Assembly: GCA_937982505.1 (NCBI GenBank)
Contig: CALJLV010000084.1
Coordinates: forward strand, 4,826-68,825
Direction: 5' to 3'
Source of the DNA: an uncultured Desulfobacteraceae bacterium
Lineage (GTDB): Bacteria > Desulfobacterota > Desulfobacteria > Desulfobacterales > UBA2174
DNA: 64,000 nucleotides
Made by a program: the position numbers and the translations under genes. Below, piece after piece: positions 47,524 through 56,556 of the stretch. Within the stretch, counting starts at the first letter, position 1; every line of letters begins with the position of its first letter. Under the pieces are notes generated by a model. That model searched no databases, was not told the DNA's origin, and saw only the letters and a list, made by a program, of their open reading frames with translations.

Positions 47524-48609
47524 ATGGCCAAGCGGAAAAGGGCGCAACCCGGCGTGAACACAGCGACCATCAAACCGGCAAGGATCCAACGCCTCCTGGT
47601 GCGCGCCACCAACTGGATCGGCGACGCGGTGATGACCACCCCGGCCATCCGGTCCATCCGCCGCGCCTTTCCAGGCGCCCGGATCACCCTTCTGGCCAAG
47701 CCCTGGGTGGTGCCCATCTTTGCCCACAGCCCGCACCTGGACCGGTGTCTGGTCTATGACGTCCAGGGCCGCCACCGGGGGATTGCCGGCCGCTGGCGCC
47801 TGGTGCGTGACCTGCGCGCCGGACGATTCCAGGCCGCCATCCTCCTGCAAAACGCCTTCGAAGCGGCCCTGATCACGGCCGCCGCCGGGATTCCGGTGCG
47901 CATCGGCTTCGATACCGACGGCCGCCGGCTCCTGCTCACCCATCCGCTGCGGCGGCCCCCCGGAATCCGAAAACGCCACCAGACCGAGTATTATCTGGCC
48001 ATTTTAGCCGGGATCGGCCTGCCCGCCGGGGATGCCAGACTCGAGATCCCCCTGGCCGAGGCGGACCGGCGGCGGGCCGTCCACCGCTTGACGGCTGCGG
48101 GCATTGCCCCCGGCGCGCCCCTGGTCGGCCTGAACCCCAGCGCCACCTTCGGACCGGCCAAGCAGTGGCCCGAGGAGCGGTATGCGGCCCTGGGCGACTG
48201 GATCGCCGAGCAGTATGGCGCTCGGGTCCTGGTCTTCGGCGGCCCGGGTGACCAGGCCCTTGGACAGCGCATCGCCGGTGCCATGCGCCGCCCCGCCGTG
48301 AGCCTGGCCGGCCGCACCGACCTGGCCGAGGCCATGGCCCTGATCGGCATGCTGGACCTTTTTGTCACCAACGATTCGGGCCTGATGCACGTGGCCGCGG
48401 CCCTGGACGTGCCCCAGATCGCCGTCTTCGGCTCCACCAACCCGGTGACCACCGGCCCGCTGGCGCCCCGCAGCCGGGTGGTGCGCACCGACGTGGCCTG
48501 CAGCCCGTGCCTCAAACCCCATTGCCGCTACGGGCATCTGGACTGCATGCAACGCATCGGCGTCGAGCGCCTCCAGCGGGAAGTGGCCGCCATCCTCGGC
48601 CCCTCATGA
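47524..48609 (+). CDS. waaF: ADP-heptose:LPS heptosyltransferase II-like (GT9)
   Basis: ATG 47524. Motifs: IQRLLVRATNWIGDAVMTTPAIRSI, GPAKQWPEERY, FVTNDSGLMHVAAAL, FGSTNPVTTGP. GT9 pattern most like WaaF. Confidence 0.85.
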   Translation: MAKRKRAQPGVNTATIKPARIQRLLVRATNWIGDAVMTTPAIRSIRRAFPGARITLLAKPWVVPIFAHSPHLDRCLVYDVQGRHRGIAGRWRLVRDLRAGRFQAAILLQNAFEAALITAAAGIPVRIGFDTDGRRLLLTHPLRRPPGIRKRHQTEYYLAILAGIGLPAGDARLEIPLAEADRRRAVHRLTAAGIAPGAPLVGLNPSATFGPAKQWPEERYAALGDWIAEQYGARVLVFGGPGDQALGQRIAGAMRRPAVSLAGRTDLAEAMALIGMLDLFVTNDSGLMHVAAALDVPQIAVFGSTNPVTTGPLAPRSRVVRTDVACSPCLKPHCRYGHLDCMQRIGVERLQREVAAILGPS

Positions 48610-49682
48610 AGATCCTGATCGTCAAGCTCAGCGCCATCGGCGACGTCATCCACACCCTGCCGGCCCTGTGCGCCCTGCGCCGGCACTGGCCCGGGGCCGT
48701 CATCGACTGGGTGGTGGAAGAGGCCGCCGCCGATCTGGTGCGGGGGCATGCGGACCTGGACCGGGTCATCGTTTCGCGCCGCAAGCGCTGGATCCGGGAT
48801 TTGCGGCATCCTGGGCGGCGCAGGGGCGCGCTGGCGCAAATCGATCGGTTCCTGGCCGAACTGCGGCTTGTCCGCTACGATCTGATCCTCGACTTTCAAT
48901 CCCTGCTCAAGAGCGCTCTGGTGGTGGTTCTGGCCCGGGGCCGGCGCAAAGTCGGGTTCGGCCCCGGCCTGGAGCACATGGAGCACAGCTACCACGTGCT
49001 CACCGAAAAAATCTCCCCGCCCGGCATGGAAGTCCATGCCCTGAGGCGCAACCTGATGATGGTCCAGGCCCTGGGGGTCCCGGCGGGCGACGTCGTCTAC
49101 CGCCTGCCGGTGGCCGAAAGCGACCGCCAGGCGGTGGATCGGATCTTGATCCAGGCCGGCCTGGACCCTGCCTGCCGCCCGGTGGCCATCAACCCGGTGG
49201 CCCAGTGGCCCACCAAGCTCTGGCCCGAGACGCGGTTCGCCGCCCTTGCCGACCACCTCGGGGACCGCTACAATGTGCCCCTGGTCTTCACCGGAGGGCC
49301 AGACGACACGGCCAGCGTGGGGCGTATCCTGGCGGCCATGCGGCGCCCGGCCGTCGACCTGAGCGGGCGCACCTCCTTGACACAGCTGGCCGGCCTCTAC
49401 CGGCGGTCCCGGCTGGTGATCAGCACCGATACCGGGCCGATGCACCTGGCCGCGGCGCTGGGAACCCCGGTGGTGGCCCTCTTCGGCCCCACGGCCCCCT
49501 GGCGCACCGGTCCCTTCGGTCCGGGACACCGCGTGGTGCGGGCGTCGGCGCCCTGCGCCCCGTGCTTCAAGCGCCGCTGTGACGTCGGCGGCTGCATGGC
49601 GCAGATTCCGGTGGCGGCGGTGCTGGACGCGGTGGACGGGATCTTGAAACCCGAAACCTTGAATCTGGAACATGGAATCTGA
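48606..49682 (+). CDS. waaC: ADP-heptose:LPS heptosyltransferase I-like (GT9)
   Basis: MKILIVKLSAIGDVIHTLPALCAL..., WPTKLWPETRF, ISTDTGPMHLAAALGTPVVALFGPT. ATGA overlap with the preceding GT9 gene. The WaaC versus other-GT9 assignment is tentative. Confidence 0.8.
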   Translation: MKILIVKLSAIGDVIHTLPALCALRRHWPGAVIDWVVEEAAADLVRGHADLDRVIVSRRKRWIRDLRHPGRRRGALAQIDRFLAELRLVRYDLILDFQSLLKSALVVVLARGRRKVGFGPGLEHMEHSYHVLTEKISPPGMEVHALRRNLMMVQALGVPAGDVVYRLPVAESDRQAVDRILIQAGLDPACRPVAINPVAQWPTKLWPETRFAALADHLGDRYNVPLVFTGGPDDTASVGRILAAMRRPAVDLSGRTSLTQLAGLYRRSRLVISTDTGPMHLAAALGTPVVALFGPTAPWRTGPFGPGHRVVRASAPCAPCFKRRCDVGGCMAQIPVAAVLDAVDGILKPETLNLEHGI

Positions 49683-49714
49683 AACCTGGAACCTTGAATC
49701 CGGAACCTGAAGCC
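49644..49714. repeat. imperfect heptanucleotide tandem repeat, ~10 units (TTGAAAC, [C]CGAAACC, TTGAATC, TGGAACA, TGGAATC, TGAAACC, TGGAACC, TTGAATC, CGGAACC, TGAAGCC)
   Basis: Read directly from the sequence. It covers the last 13 codons of the GT9 gene (..ILKPETLNLEHGI*), its stop, and the whole 34-nt spacer up to the ATG (49717) of the next glycosyltransferase. Confidence 0.8.
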
Positions 49715-49716
49715 TG

Positions 49717-50532
49717 ATGCGCCTATCGGTCATCGTCACCACCTACAACCGGCCCGAAGCCCTGGAGCCGGTCATCCAGGGGCTTGGCCGCCAGAACCCG
49801 GCCCCCGACGAGGTGATCGTGGCCGACGACGGCTCCGGTCCCCGGACCGCCAGGCTGATCGAGACCCTGGCGGCTCGCCTGACTGTTCGGCTCGACCATG
49901 TCTGGCACCCGGACCAGGGCTTCCGGGCCGCCGCCATCCGCAACGCCGCCATCCGCCGCGCCCGGGGAGACTACCTCGTCTTTCTGGACGGCGACTGCAT
50001 CCCGGGCCGCCATTTCATCGCCGACCATCGCCGCCTGGCCGAAAAGGGATGTTTTTTCCAGGGCGGCCGGGTGCTGGTGAGCCGCCGTCTCAGCGCGGGC
50101 TTCGACCTGCCCCGGTCCCGAAACCGCGGCCGGATCTGGCGCGACCTGATCCGCGGCGACCTGGGCAACGCCCACCACCTGCTCCGCCTGCCCGCCTGGC
50201 CGGCGCGGCGCTCCCGCCGCCTGGCGGGAATCCGAAGCTGCAACATGGGCATCTGGCGCGCGGACCTGGCGGCGGTCAACGGTTTTAACGAGGATTTCGT
50301 CGGCTGGGGTCGCGAGGACAGTGAACTGGCTGTGCGCCTGTTCCGCTTCGGGCTCTGCTGCAAGCGCCATCCGTTCATGGCCGCCTGTTTCCACCTCTGG
50401 CATCCGCAACACCCGCGGGACCGCCTGGCCCTCAACGACGCCCTGCTTCAGGCGGCCATGGAGCGGCCCGGGCATTCATGCCGCAACGGAATCGAGAAGC
50501 GGTGCCCGCCGCTCCCGGTTTCCCCCCGATGA
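49717..50532 (+). CDS. family-2 glycosyltransferase (LPS core)
   Basis: 271 aa: MRLSVIVTTYNRPEALEPVIQGL, VIVADDGS, FLDGDCI (DxD), and a C-terminal GFNEDFVGWGREDSELAVRL pattern resembling galactosyltransferase-type GT2 enzymes. Confidence 0.88.
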   Translation: MRLSVIVTTYNRPEALEPVIQGLGRQNPAPDEVIVADDGSGPRTARLIETLAARLTVRLDHVWHPDQGFRAAAIRNAAIRRARGDYLVFLDGDCIPGRHFIADHRRLAEKGCFFQGGRVLVSRRLSAGFDLPRSRNRGRIWRDLIRGDLGNAHHLLRLPAWPARRSRRLAGIRSCNMGIWRADLAAVNGFNEDFVGWGREDSELAVRLFRFGLCCKRHPFMAACFHLWHPQHPRDRLALNDALLQAAMERPGHSCRNGIEKRCPPLPVSPR

Positions 50533-50542
50533 AGGATCGCCC

Positions 50543-51460
50543 ATGCCATTGTCCAGGGCCCTAACCCCCATGGTGCCCTTCACCCTTGCGATGATGGGCC
50601 GCTGCGGCCGGATCCCCCTGCCGGCGCTGCAGCGCGCCGGCCGCCGGCTGGGACGCCTGATCCTGCGCCTGGACCGGCGCCACCGCCGCATCGTGCTGCA
50701 GAACCTGCGCTTCGTCTTCGGCCAGGACCATCCCGCCGGCGATCTGGCGCGGATGGCCACGGGGGTCTTCGAAAGCCTGGGCCAGATCCCCCTGGAAGTC
50801 TGCTGGTCCCTGGGCCTGGATCCCCGGGAATGGAAGACCTACTTCCGGATTTCCGGGCTGGAGCACTACCGCCAGGCCGCGGCCCAGGGCCGGGGGGTCC
50901 TGTGCCTGACGGCCCATTTCGGCAACTGGGAGCTCCTGCCCATCGTGGGCGCCATGGCCGAGGTACCCCTGCACGTGGTCTACCGCCCCCTGGACGCCCT
51001 GCTCCTCGACGACCTGGTGGGGCGCATCCGCCAGCGCTTCGGCGCCGTCCTGATTCCCAAAAAGCGCAGCATCTTCAAGATCCAGCGGGTGCTGCGCCGG
51101 GGAGAATGCATCGCCATTCTTCTGGACCAGAATGTAGACTGGTACGAAGGTGTCTTTGTCGACTTCCTGGGACACCGCGCCTGCACCAGCAAGGGGCTGG
51201 CGACCCTGTCGATTCTGTCCCGGGCGCCGGTGGTGCCCGTCTTTCTGGTGCGCGAGGGGGCCGGCTTCCATGCCCGCTTCGATCCGCCCCTGGACCCCAT
51301 CGTCACCGGAGACCGGATCCGCGATCTGGAGGAGAACACCGCCCGCTACAACCAGGCCATCGCGGCCTGCGTGCGCCGCTACCCCGAGCAGTGGTTCTGG
51401 GTGCACCAGCGCTGGAAGACGCGCCCCTACCACCCGATTCCCCACCGGTCCGGGTCCTGA
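50543..51460 (+). CDS. lipid A biosynthesis (late) acyltransferase, LpxL/HtrB family
   Basis: ATG 50543, 305 aa. LTAHFGNWELL (HX4E acyltransferase motif), ILLDQN, PEQWFWVHQRWK C-terminal signature of the LpxL/LpxM/LpxP family. Confidence 0.85.
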   Translation: MPLSRALTPMVPFTLAMMGRCGRIPLPALQRAGRRLGRLILRLDRRHRRIVLQNLRFVFGQDHPAGDLARMATGVFESLGQIPLEVCWSLGLDPREWKTYFRISGLEHYRQAAAQGRGVLCLTAHFGNWELLPIVGAMAEVPLHVVYRPLDALLLDDLVGRIRQRFGAVLIPKKRSIFKIQRVLRRGECIAILLDQNVDWYEGVFVDFLGHRACTSKGLATLSILSRAPVVPVFLVREGAGFHARFDPPLDPIVTGDRIRDLEENTARYNQAIAACVRRYPEQWFWVHQRWKTRPYHPIPHRSGS

Positions 51461-51474
51461 AAGGGTTGTCCACC

Positions 51475-52266
51475 ATGCTGCCCCCCGCATATGTCCTGCA
51501 CGTCAAGACCGGTTTCGAGGACCGGGAAGAGAGCATCCGGCGCCAGTTCGAGGCGCTGGGAATCGCCTTCGAATGGGTCCTGGATTTCGACATCCCCGAA
51601 ATCGACCCGGCGGTCCTGGCGCGCTTCGGCAATCCCCAGCATCGCCTGCGGCCCGACGAAATCTCCTGCTGCCTGAAACACCGGGCCGCCTGGGAGCGGA
51701 TCATCCACTCCGGGGCCGGCGCCGGGCTGGTCCTGGAAGACGACGTCCTGCTGGACCGCCACGCCTTCGGCCGCATCCTCGCCCTGGCCCTGGACGAGCT
51801 GGGCCGTCGGCACGGCGCTTCGGGGTGCATCTGCCTGGGCGACGGCTGCGCCCTGCACGTGCCTTGGACCCGGACCCGGCGCGGCACCCTTCTGTATCCG
51901 GCCGGCCTCATGCGCGCCTCGGACTCCTACTGGATCGACCGGCGCAGCGCCGCGGCGCTGCGCGCACGGGTCGACGCCCGGGGCTTTTGCCTGCCGGCCG
52001 ACCATCTCATCGGCACCCTCCTCCAGGAGCTGGGAATCCCCCTTTTCTGGCTCGAGCCGACCATCGTCCACCAGGGATCCCACAGCGGAGTGTTCAAATC
52101 CACGATCCAGCGCGATGACGAGGGCCTGCTGAACAAGCACCTCGAGTTCTGGATCAAGAAGATCCGGCGAAAATACATCTACCCGTTGCTGGGCATCGAT
52201 CCGCGCTACAGGGGCGCGCCCGCGGCGGGCCAGGGCCCGGATCCGGGCCCCTCCGAGGGCAAATGA
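51475..52266 (+). CDS. family-25 glycosyltransferase (LOS/LPS core)
   Basis: ATG 51475, 263 aa. YVLHVKTGFEDREESIRRQF, EISCCLKHRAAWERI, LVLEDDVLL. Pattern of GT25 (LgtB/Lic2B-like) enzymes. Confidence 0.78.
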   Translation: MLPPAYVLHVKTGFEDREESIRRQFEALGIAFEWVLDFDIPEIDPAVLARFGNPQHRLRPDEISCCLKHRAAWERIIHSGAGAGLVLEDDVLLDRHAFGRILALALDELGRRHGASGCICLGDGCALHVPWTRTRRGTLLYPAGLMRASDSYWIDRRSAAALRARVDARGFCLPADHLIGTLLQELGIPLFWLEPTIVHQGSHSGVFKSTIQRDDEGLLNKHLEFWIKKIRRKYIYPLLGIDPRYRGAPAAGQGPDPGPSEGK

Positions 52267-53522
52267 AAACCGCCGACGACAGGGCATCCGGCATGCCCCC
52301 AGCGATCTTTGGGGCCCCCCGCCGACTCGCCTGGATCAGGGTTCTGATCCTGCTGGAGTTTGTCGCCATCCTGGTCTCCACCTCCGCGGCGGTCCTCATC
52401 GAGGCGCTGATCTATCTGGTCCTGCTCACCTCGCCGGATCTGCTCCGGCGGCTCTGGGCCATCCGCCATCAGCCCATGATCCGCCTGACCCTGGCCTGGG
52501 TCCTGGTCCTGGCCGCCGGCTGCCTCTACACCATCGCTCCACGGGAAGATCTGATCGACATCCTCTCGAGCTGGCGCAAGCTGCTGCTGCTGCCCATCGC
52601 GGCCGCCTGTTTCGGTGATCCGGCCTGGAAGCGACGCGCCATGATCACCTTCCTGGCCGTTTTGTCCCTTCTGCTCTTCACCTCCTGCCTGACCTGGGCC
52701 CTGGGCCTCCAGGTGCACCGCTATCAGGAACAGGGAATCATCGTCGCCAACCACGCCGCCCAGGGAATGGCGTTTGCGGTCTGCCTCCTGCTGGGGCTGG
52801 TCACGGCCCGAGAGAATCGCCACGACCGGCTCAAGAGATGCGCCTGTCTGCTGGCATCGGCCGTCGCCTTTTTGAACATCGCCTTCGTCACCCCGGGCCG
52901 GAGCGGGTATCTGGCCTTGATGGCCATCCTGGCGGCCTACATCTTGTTTTCCACCGCCGGGGCGAAAAAATACCGGGTCTTTCTGCTGATGGGCCTGGCT
53001 GTCGCCCTGGCGCTCAACTTTTCCCCCACCGCCAGGGAACGCATCCAGCTGGGCCTCGCCGAAATCCAGAGCTATCGCGACAGCCCCCGCTTGACCTCCA
53101 TGGGGGCCCGCATGGTCGCCTGGGAGACATCCCTGGACCTGGTGCGCCGCAAGCCGCTTGTCGGCTATGGCAGCGCGGCTTATGTGGAAGCCTACCGGAA
53201 GGCCGTCGCCGGTCGCAGCGGCTGGCAGGGGGAGGTCATCGAGGATCCGCACAACCAGTTTCTGCGCATCCTGGTGGAACACGGCCTGGTGGGACTCTGC
53301 GTTTTCCTGGGGTTCATCGGCGCGTTCTTTCGGCAGCCGGCGGGGCCGCCGTTTCGCACCCTGGGCCTGTGCGTTCTGCTCACCTGGTGTGCCACGAGCC
53401 TTTTCAGCTCCCATTTCACCACCTTCCTCGAAGGCCGTTTTCTCCTGCTCTGGCTGGGAATCTTCCTGAGCGGCAGCCCGCCAGCGCCGCAGGCCGCAGC
53501 AACGCTGGCCGCCAAGGGGTGA
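52263..53522 (+). CDS. O-antigen ligase family protein (WaaL-like)
   Basis: 419 aa with ~10-12 TM helices and a large periplasmic loop containing SGYLALMAILA ... DPHNQFLRILVEHGLVGL (Wzy_C/O-antigen ligase motif). ATGA overlap with the GT25 gene. Confidence 0.85.
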   Translation: MKTADDRASGMPPAIFGAPRRLAWIRVLILLEFVAILVSTSAAVLIEALIYLVLLTSPDLLRRLWAIRHQPMIRLTLAWVLVLAAGCLYTIAPREDLIDILSSWRKLLLLPIAAACFGDPAWKRRAMITFLAVLSLLLFTSCLTWALGLQVHRYQEQGIIVANHAAQGMAFAVCLLLGLVTARENRHDRLKRCACLLASAVAFLNIAFVTPGRSGYLALMAILAAYILFSTAGAKKYRVFLLMGLAVALALNFSPTARERIQLGLAEIQSYRDSPRLTSMGARMVAWETSLDLVRRKPLVGYGSAAYVEAYRKAVAGRSGWQGEVIEDPHNQFLRILVEHGLVGLCVFLGFIGAFFRQPAGPPFRTLGLCVLLTWCATSLFSSHFTTFLEGRFLLLWLGIFLSGSPPAPQAAATLAAKG

Positions 53523-53526
53523 CCGC

Positions 53527-54324
53527 ATGTCTTCGGATCTGAGCATCTACCTTCGCACCGTGGGTTTGAGAGGCCTGATGGCCGCCCTGAGAGGCCGCCT
53601 CGGCGCAGGCAGCGTGCCGCTGCGGATGACCCGCCGGGAGATCCGCCACCCCTTCTGGCTGAGGATTCCCTCCTCGGACGTCCCCACCTGCGAACAGGTC
53701 TTCGTCAACCGCGATTACGCCTTCGAGGTGGACCGGGCGCCGGCCTGCATCGTGGATGCCGGAGCCAATATCGGGCTGGCCACGATCTACTTCGCCAATC
53801 GCTTCCCCGAGGCGAGGATCATCGCCATCGAACCGGAACGGGACAATTTCGCCCTGCTCCAGGCCAACCTGGCCCCCTACCCCCGGGCGGTCCCCCTGCA
53901 GGCGGCCCTGTGGCACCGCAACGGGCAGATCCGCCTGATGGACCCGGGGCTGGGCAGCTGGGGCTTTACCACCGAGGCCATCGAGCAAGGCGTCAGCGGC
54001 CCTCATCAAACCCGCCACACCGTCCGGGCCGTCACCGTGGATCGGATCCTGGAAGAATTCGACCTGGAACGGATCGACATCCTGAAGATCGATATCGAAG
54101 GCGCCGAGAAGGAGGTCTTTGGCGACAGTTCGGCCTGGATCGACCGGGTCGATGCCATCATCATCGAACTGCACGAACGCTACAAGAAGGGATGCAACCG
54201 CAGCTTCTACTGCGGGTCGCCGGGTTTCGCCGGGGAATGGACCCGCGGCGAAAACGTCTATCTGTCCCGGGGCAACCTCCGGCCGGCGGCCCGGGACGCT
54301 TCCAGCCGGTCCAGGCGGCGGTAG
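53527..54324 (+). CDS. FkbM-family SAM-dependent methyltransferase
   Basis: 265 aa: IVDAGANIGLATIYFANRFP, IIAIEPERDNFALLQAN, IDILKIDIEGAEKEVF. Classical FkbM-family motifs. The last ~20 codons overlap the convergent kinase gene. Confidence 0.85.
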   Translation: MSSDLSIYLRTVGLRGLMAALRGRLGAGSVPLRMTRREIRHPFWLRIPSSDVPTCEQVFVNRDYAFEVDRAPACIVDAGANIGLATIYFANRFPEARIIAIEPERDNFALLQANLAPYPRAVPLQAALWHRNGQIRLMDPGLGSWGFTTEAIEQGVSGPHQTRHTVRAVTVDRILEEFDLERIDILKIDIEGAEKEVFGDSSAWIDRVDAIIIELHERYKKGCNRSFYCGSPGFAGEWTRGENVYLSRGNLRPAARDASSRSRRR

Positions 54325-54998
54325 AAGCCCGCCTGGAGGCAGTCCGGGATGTTGTAGTGGATGTCCTTGCGCAGCCCGCGAAGATCCCGCCGCCGCACCC
54401 GGGACGACTGATACCAGCGGATCGGCCGCATATCGTCAAAATCCAGCAGCCAGATCCGGTCTGCCGCGAAGATCAGGTTGGCCACCCGCACGTCGCCGTG
54501 AATCAGACCGAGGGCCTCGATTCTGATCACCAGGTCGACGATGGCCGCCATCGCCTTGTCGATTTTCCGCCGGTCATGTTGGTGGCGCTGGAAATACCGA
54601 TCCCCCCGCACCCCGTCCACGTATTCGTACAGGAAGTAGGAGGCCCCCCGAAGCGGGCCCAGGCGGGTCTCGACAAAGCCCACCGGCGGCGGCACCCGGA
54701 TCTGGTGGGCGCCCAGCAGCCGCGCGTAGCGCCAGCTGCGGCTGGCGCGCGTGGGCCGGAAAAGCCGCTTGACGCGGTGCCAGGCCGATTTGTAGTTGTG
54801 CCGCTTGATGACCAGGCGGCGGCCGTCCACCGGTACCACCGCGATGGTGCTCTTGAAATTGGCCTGCAGACGGACGGCCTCCCGATCCTCCAGGTATCGG
54901 TCGGGCGCCTGCAGAACGTCCCAGAGCGCATCGGACAGATAACGCCGGTCCACCTGGACATGGCGCCAGGGGCTTTTGTGGATGAAGATCCCGTCCAT
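54258..54998 (-). CDS. lipopolysaccharide kinase family protein (Kdo/WaaP/InaA-like)
   Basis: 246 aa: VIKRHNYKSAWHRVKRLFRPTRASRSWRYARLL, catalytic loop GLIHGDVRVANLIF, WLLDFDD. Protein-kinase-like fold typical of LPS core kinases. Confidence 0.82.
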   Translation of the reverse strand: MDGIFIHKSPWRHVQVDRRYLSDALWDVLQAPDRYLEDREAVRLQANFKSTIAVVPVDGRRLVIKRHNYKSAWHRVKRLFRPTRASRSWRYARLLGAHQIRVPPPVGFVETRLGPLRGASYFLYEYVDGVRGDRYFQRHQHDRRKIDKAMAAIVDLVIRIEALGLIHGDVRVANLIFAADRIWLLDFDDMRPIRWYQSSRVRRRDLRGLRKDIHYNIPDCLQAGFYRRLDRLEASRAAGRRLPRDR

Positions 54999-55010
54999 GA
55001 ACCCACCCCG

Positions 55011-56123
55011 TCAGCGCGCCGTTCTTTCCGAGACCATCTGCGCGTAGCAAGCCTCGTGGGCCGCCGTGATCCGTTCCCAGGTGTACCGCTCGGCCGTTTC
55101 CCGGGCCTTGCGCCCCACGTCCCGGCGCCGGTCCGCGGCCACAAGCCATCGCAATAGCGGACCCAGCGTTTCGGGCGAATCCATCAGAAACCCGTTGATC
55201 CCGTCCTGGATGAGGCCGGCCACGCCGCTGTTGGCGCTGACAATCGCGGGCAGGCCGCAGGCCATGGCCTCCAGAATGCTCATGCCGAAGGCCTCGGACC
55301 GCGAGGGCAGCACCACCACGTCGGCCGCCGCGTAGCAGGGCCGCACATCGGCGGCGAAACCCAGAAAGGAAACCCGGCGCTCAAGGCCGCGGCGCGCCGC
55401 CATGGCCCGGTAGCGGCGCAGGTGATCGCCGGTGCCCACCACCAGCAGGCGCATCTCCTCCGAGATGGCCGCGATCAGGCGGTCCAGTCCTTTGCGCTGG
55501 AAGGCCGAACCCACAAAGAGCACCACCGGCTCCCGGGGTCCGATCCCCAGCCGGCGGCGAGCCTCTTCGCGCCGGGCGCGAACCCGATCCGGATGGAAGC
55601 GCCGGGTGTCCACCCCCGGCGGTATCACGCACATCCGCTCCCGGCGTCCATAACGCTCGCGCACGTCCCGGGCGATGCTTTCCGAGACCGCGATGAGCCA
55701 CGGGACGCGCATCTGCCGGGCTTCCAGCCAGAGGTACCCCAGGCTCCTGGGGCTCAGGTACTGCTGATCGATCTTGCGCAGCCCGGTGTATCGCTCCATC
55801 CCCGAGCGGTAGGAAAAGCTGTGGAGGGTGACCAGATCCGTCCCGTAGTGGCGTTCGTGGGAGTGGACGACGTCGAAGGCCCCGCCGGGAATCTTGCGGC
55901 GGGTCTGGGCGATGAAGTTAAGGGTGCTCATCAGGTTGGAAAAGGCCATCCGTTGGGGCACCGCCTGGAAGGCCAGGTTCTCGAGCAGATCGGGATCGGC
56001 CCTGTAGGCGAAGACCGTGACCCGGTGCCCCTTGCGCACCAGCCCGCGGGCCACCTCCACCGCATAGATCTCCTTGCCACCCCAGAGGCCGAACCTTTTG
56101 ACGCACACGGCAATATTCAGCAT
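55011..56123 (-). CDS. GT4-family (GT-B, WaaG-like) glycosyltransferase
   Basis: 370 aa: MLNIAVCVKRFGLWGGKEIYAVEVARGL, FVGSAFQRKGLDRL, PSRSEAFGMSILEAMACGLPAIVS (EX7E motif). Confidence 0.88.
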   Translation of the reverse strand: MLNIAVCVKRFGLWGGKEIYAVEVARGLVRKGHRVTVFAYRADPDLLENLAFQAVPQRMAFSNLMSTLNFIAQTRRKIPGGAFDVVHSHERHYGTDLVTLHSFSYRSGMERYTGLRKIDQQYLSPRSLGYLWLEARQMRVPWLIAVSESIARDVRERYGRRERMCVIPPGVDTRRFHPDRVRARREEARRRLGIGPREPVVLFVGSAFQRKGLDRLIAAISEEMRLLVVGTGDHLRRYRAMAARRGLERRVSFLGFAADVRPCYAAADVVVLPSRSEAFGMSILEAMACGLPAIVSANSGVAGLIQDGINGFLMDSPETLGPLLRWLVAADRRRDVGRKARETAERYTWERITAAHEACYAQMVSERTAR

Positions 56124-56304
56124 CGCCTCAGAACCGGGCCCTGGATCATCCCCGCCCCCCTTGACAGCCGTTCATGGCAGGGCGCCCCCCGGGGCCGCGC
56201 CTGTCGCGGCCCGGTTCCCGGTCTGCCCCCGCCGGCCGCTTCCGGCCCGACCATACTTGCCCGCCCCGCCCCCCGTCAAGGAGCGGCGAATTTCCGCGAA
56301 CCTT

Positions 56305-56333
56305 TTGCATGCCGCCCTGGCCCGTGGTATGGT
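56305..56333 (+). promoter_or_regulatory. candidate sigma70-type promoter for the trm112-led operon
   Basis: TTGCAT (56305-56310), 17-nt spacer, TATGGT (56328-56333), ~45 nt upstream of ATG 56377. Match by eye only. Confidence 0.3.
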
Positions 56334-56376
56334 GGCCGGGTGACATCGCTGGCCCTATTTTCTTCAAGGAGCCCCC

Positions 56377-56556
56377 ATGACCCTCAGCAAGGAACTGCTT
56401 GAAATCCTGGCCTGCCCCCAGTGCAAGGGGGAACTCCAGCTCACCGCGGCCGGGGACGGACTGGTCTGCCGCCGCTGCCGCCTGCTCTACGAGATCCGCG
56501 ACGAGATCCCCATCATGCTGGTGGAAGAGGCCAAAGCGCTCGACGAGGCCCCATGA
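56377..56556 (+). CDS. Trm112/YcaR-family small zinc-ribbon protein (UPF0434)
   Basis: Not in the ORF track (59 aa, below the cutoff). Manual translation: MTLSKELLEILACPQCKGELQLTAAGDGLVCRRCRLLYEIRDEIPIMLVEEAKALDEAP. SD AAGGAG upstream. CPxC...CxxC plus the IPIMLxxEA signature. Confidence 0.85.
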   Translation: MTLSKELLEILACPQCKGELQLTAAGDGLVCRRCRLLYEIRDEIPIMLVEEAKALDEAP

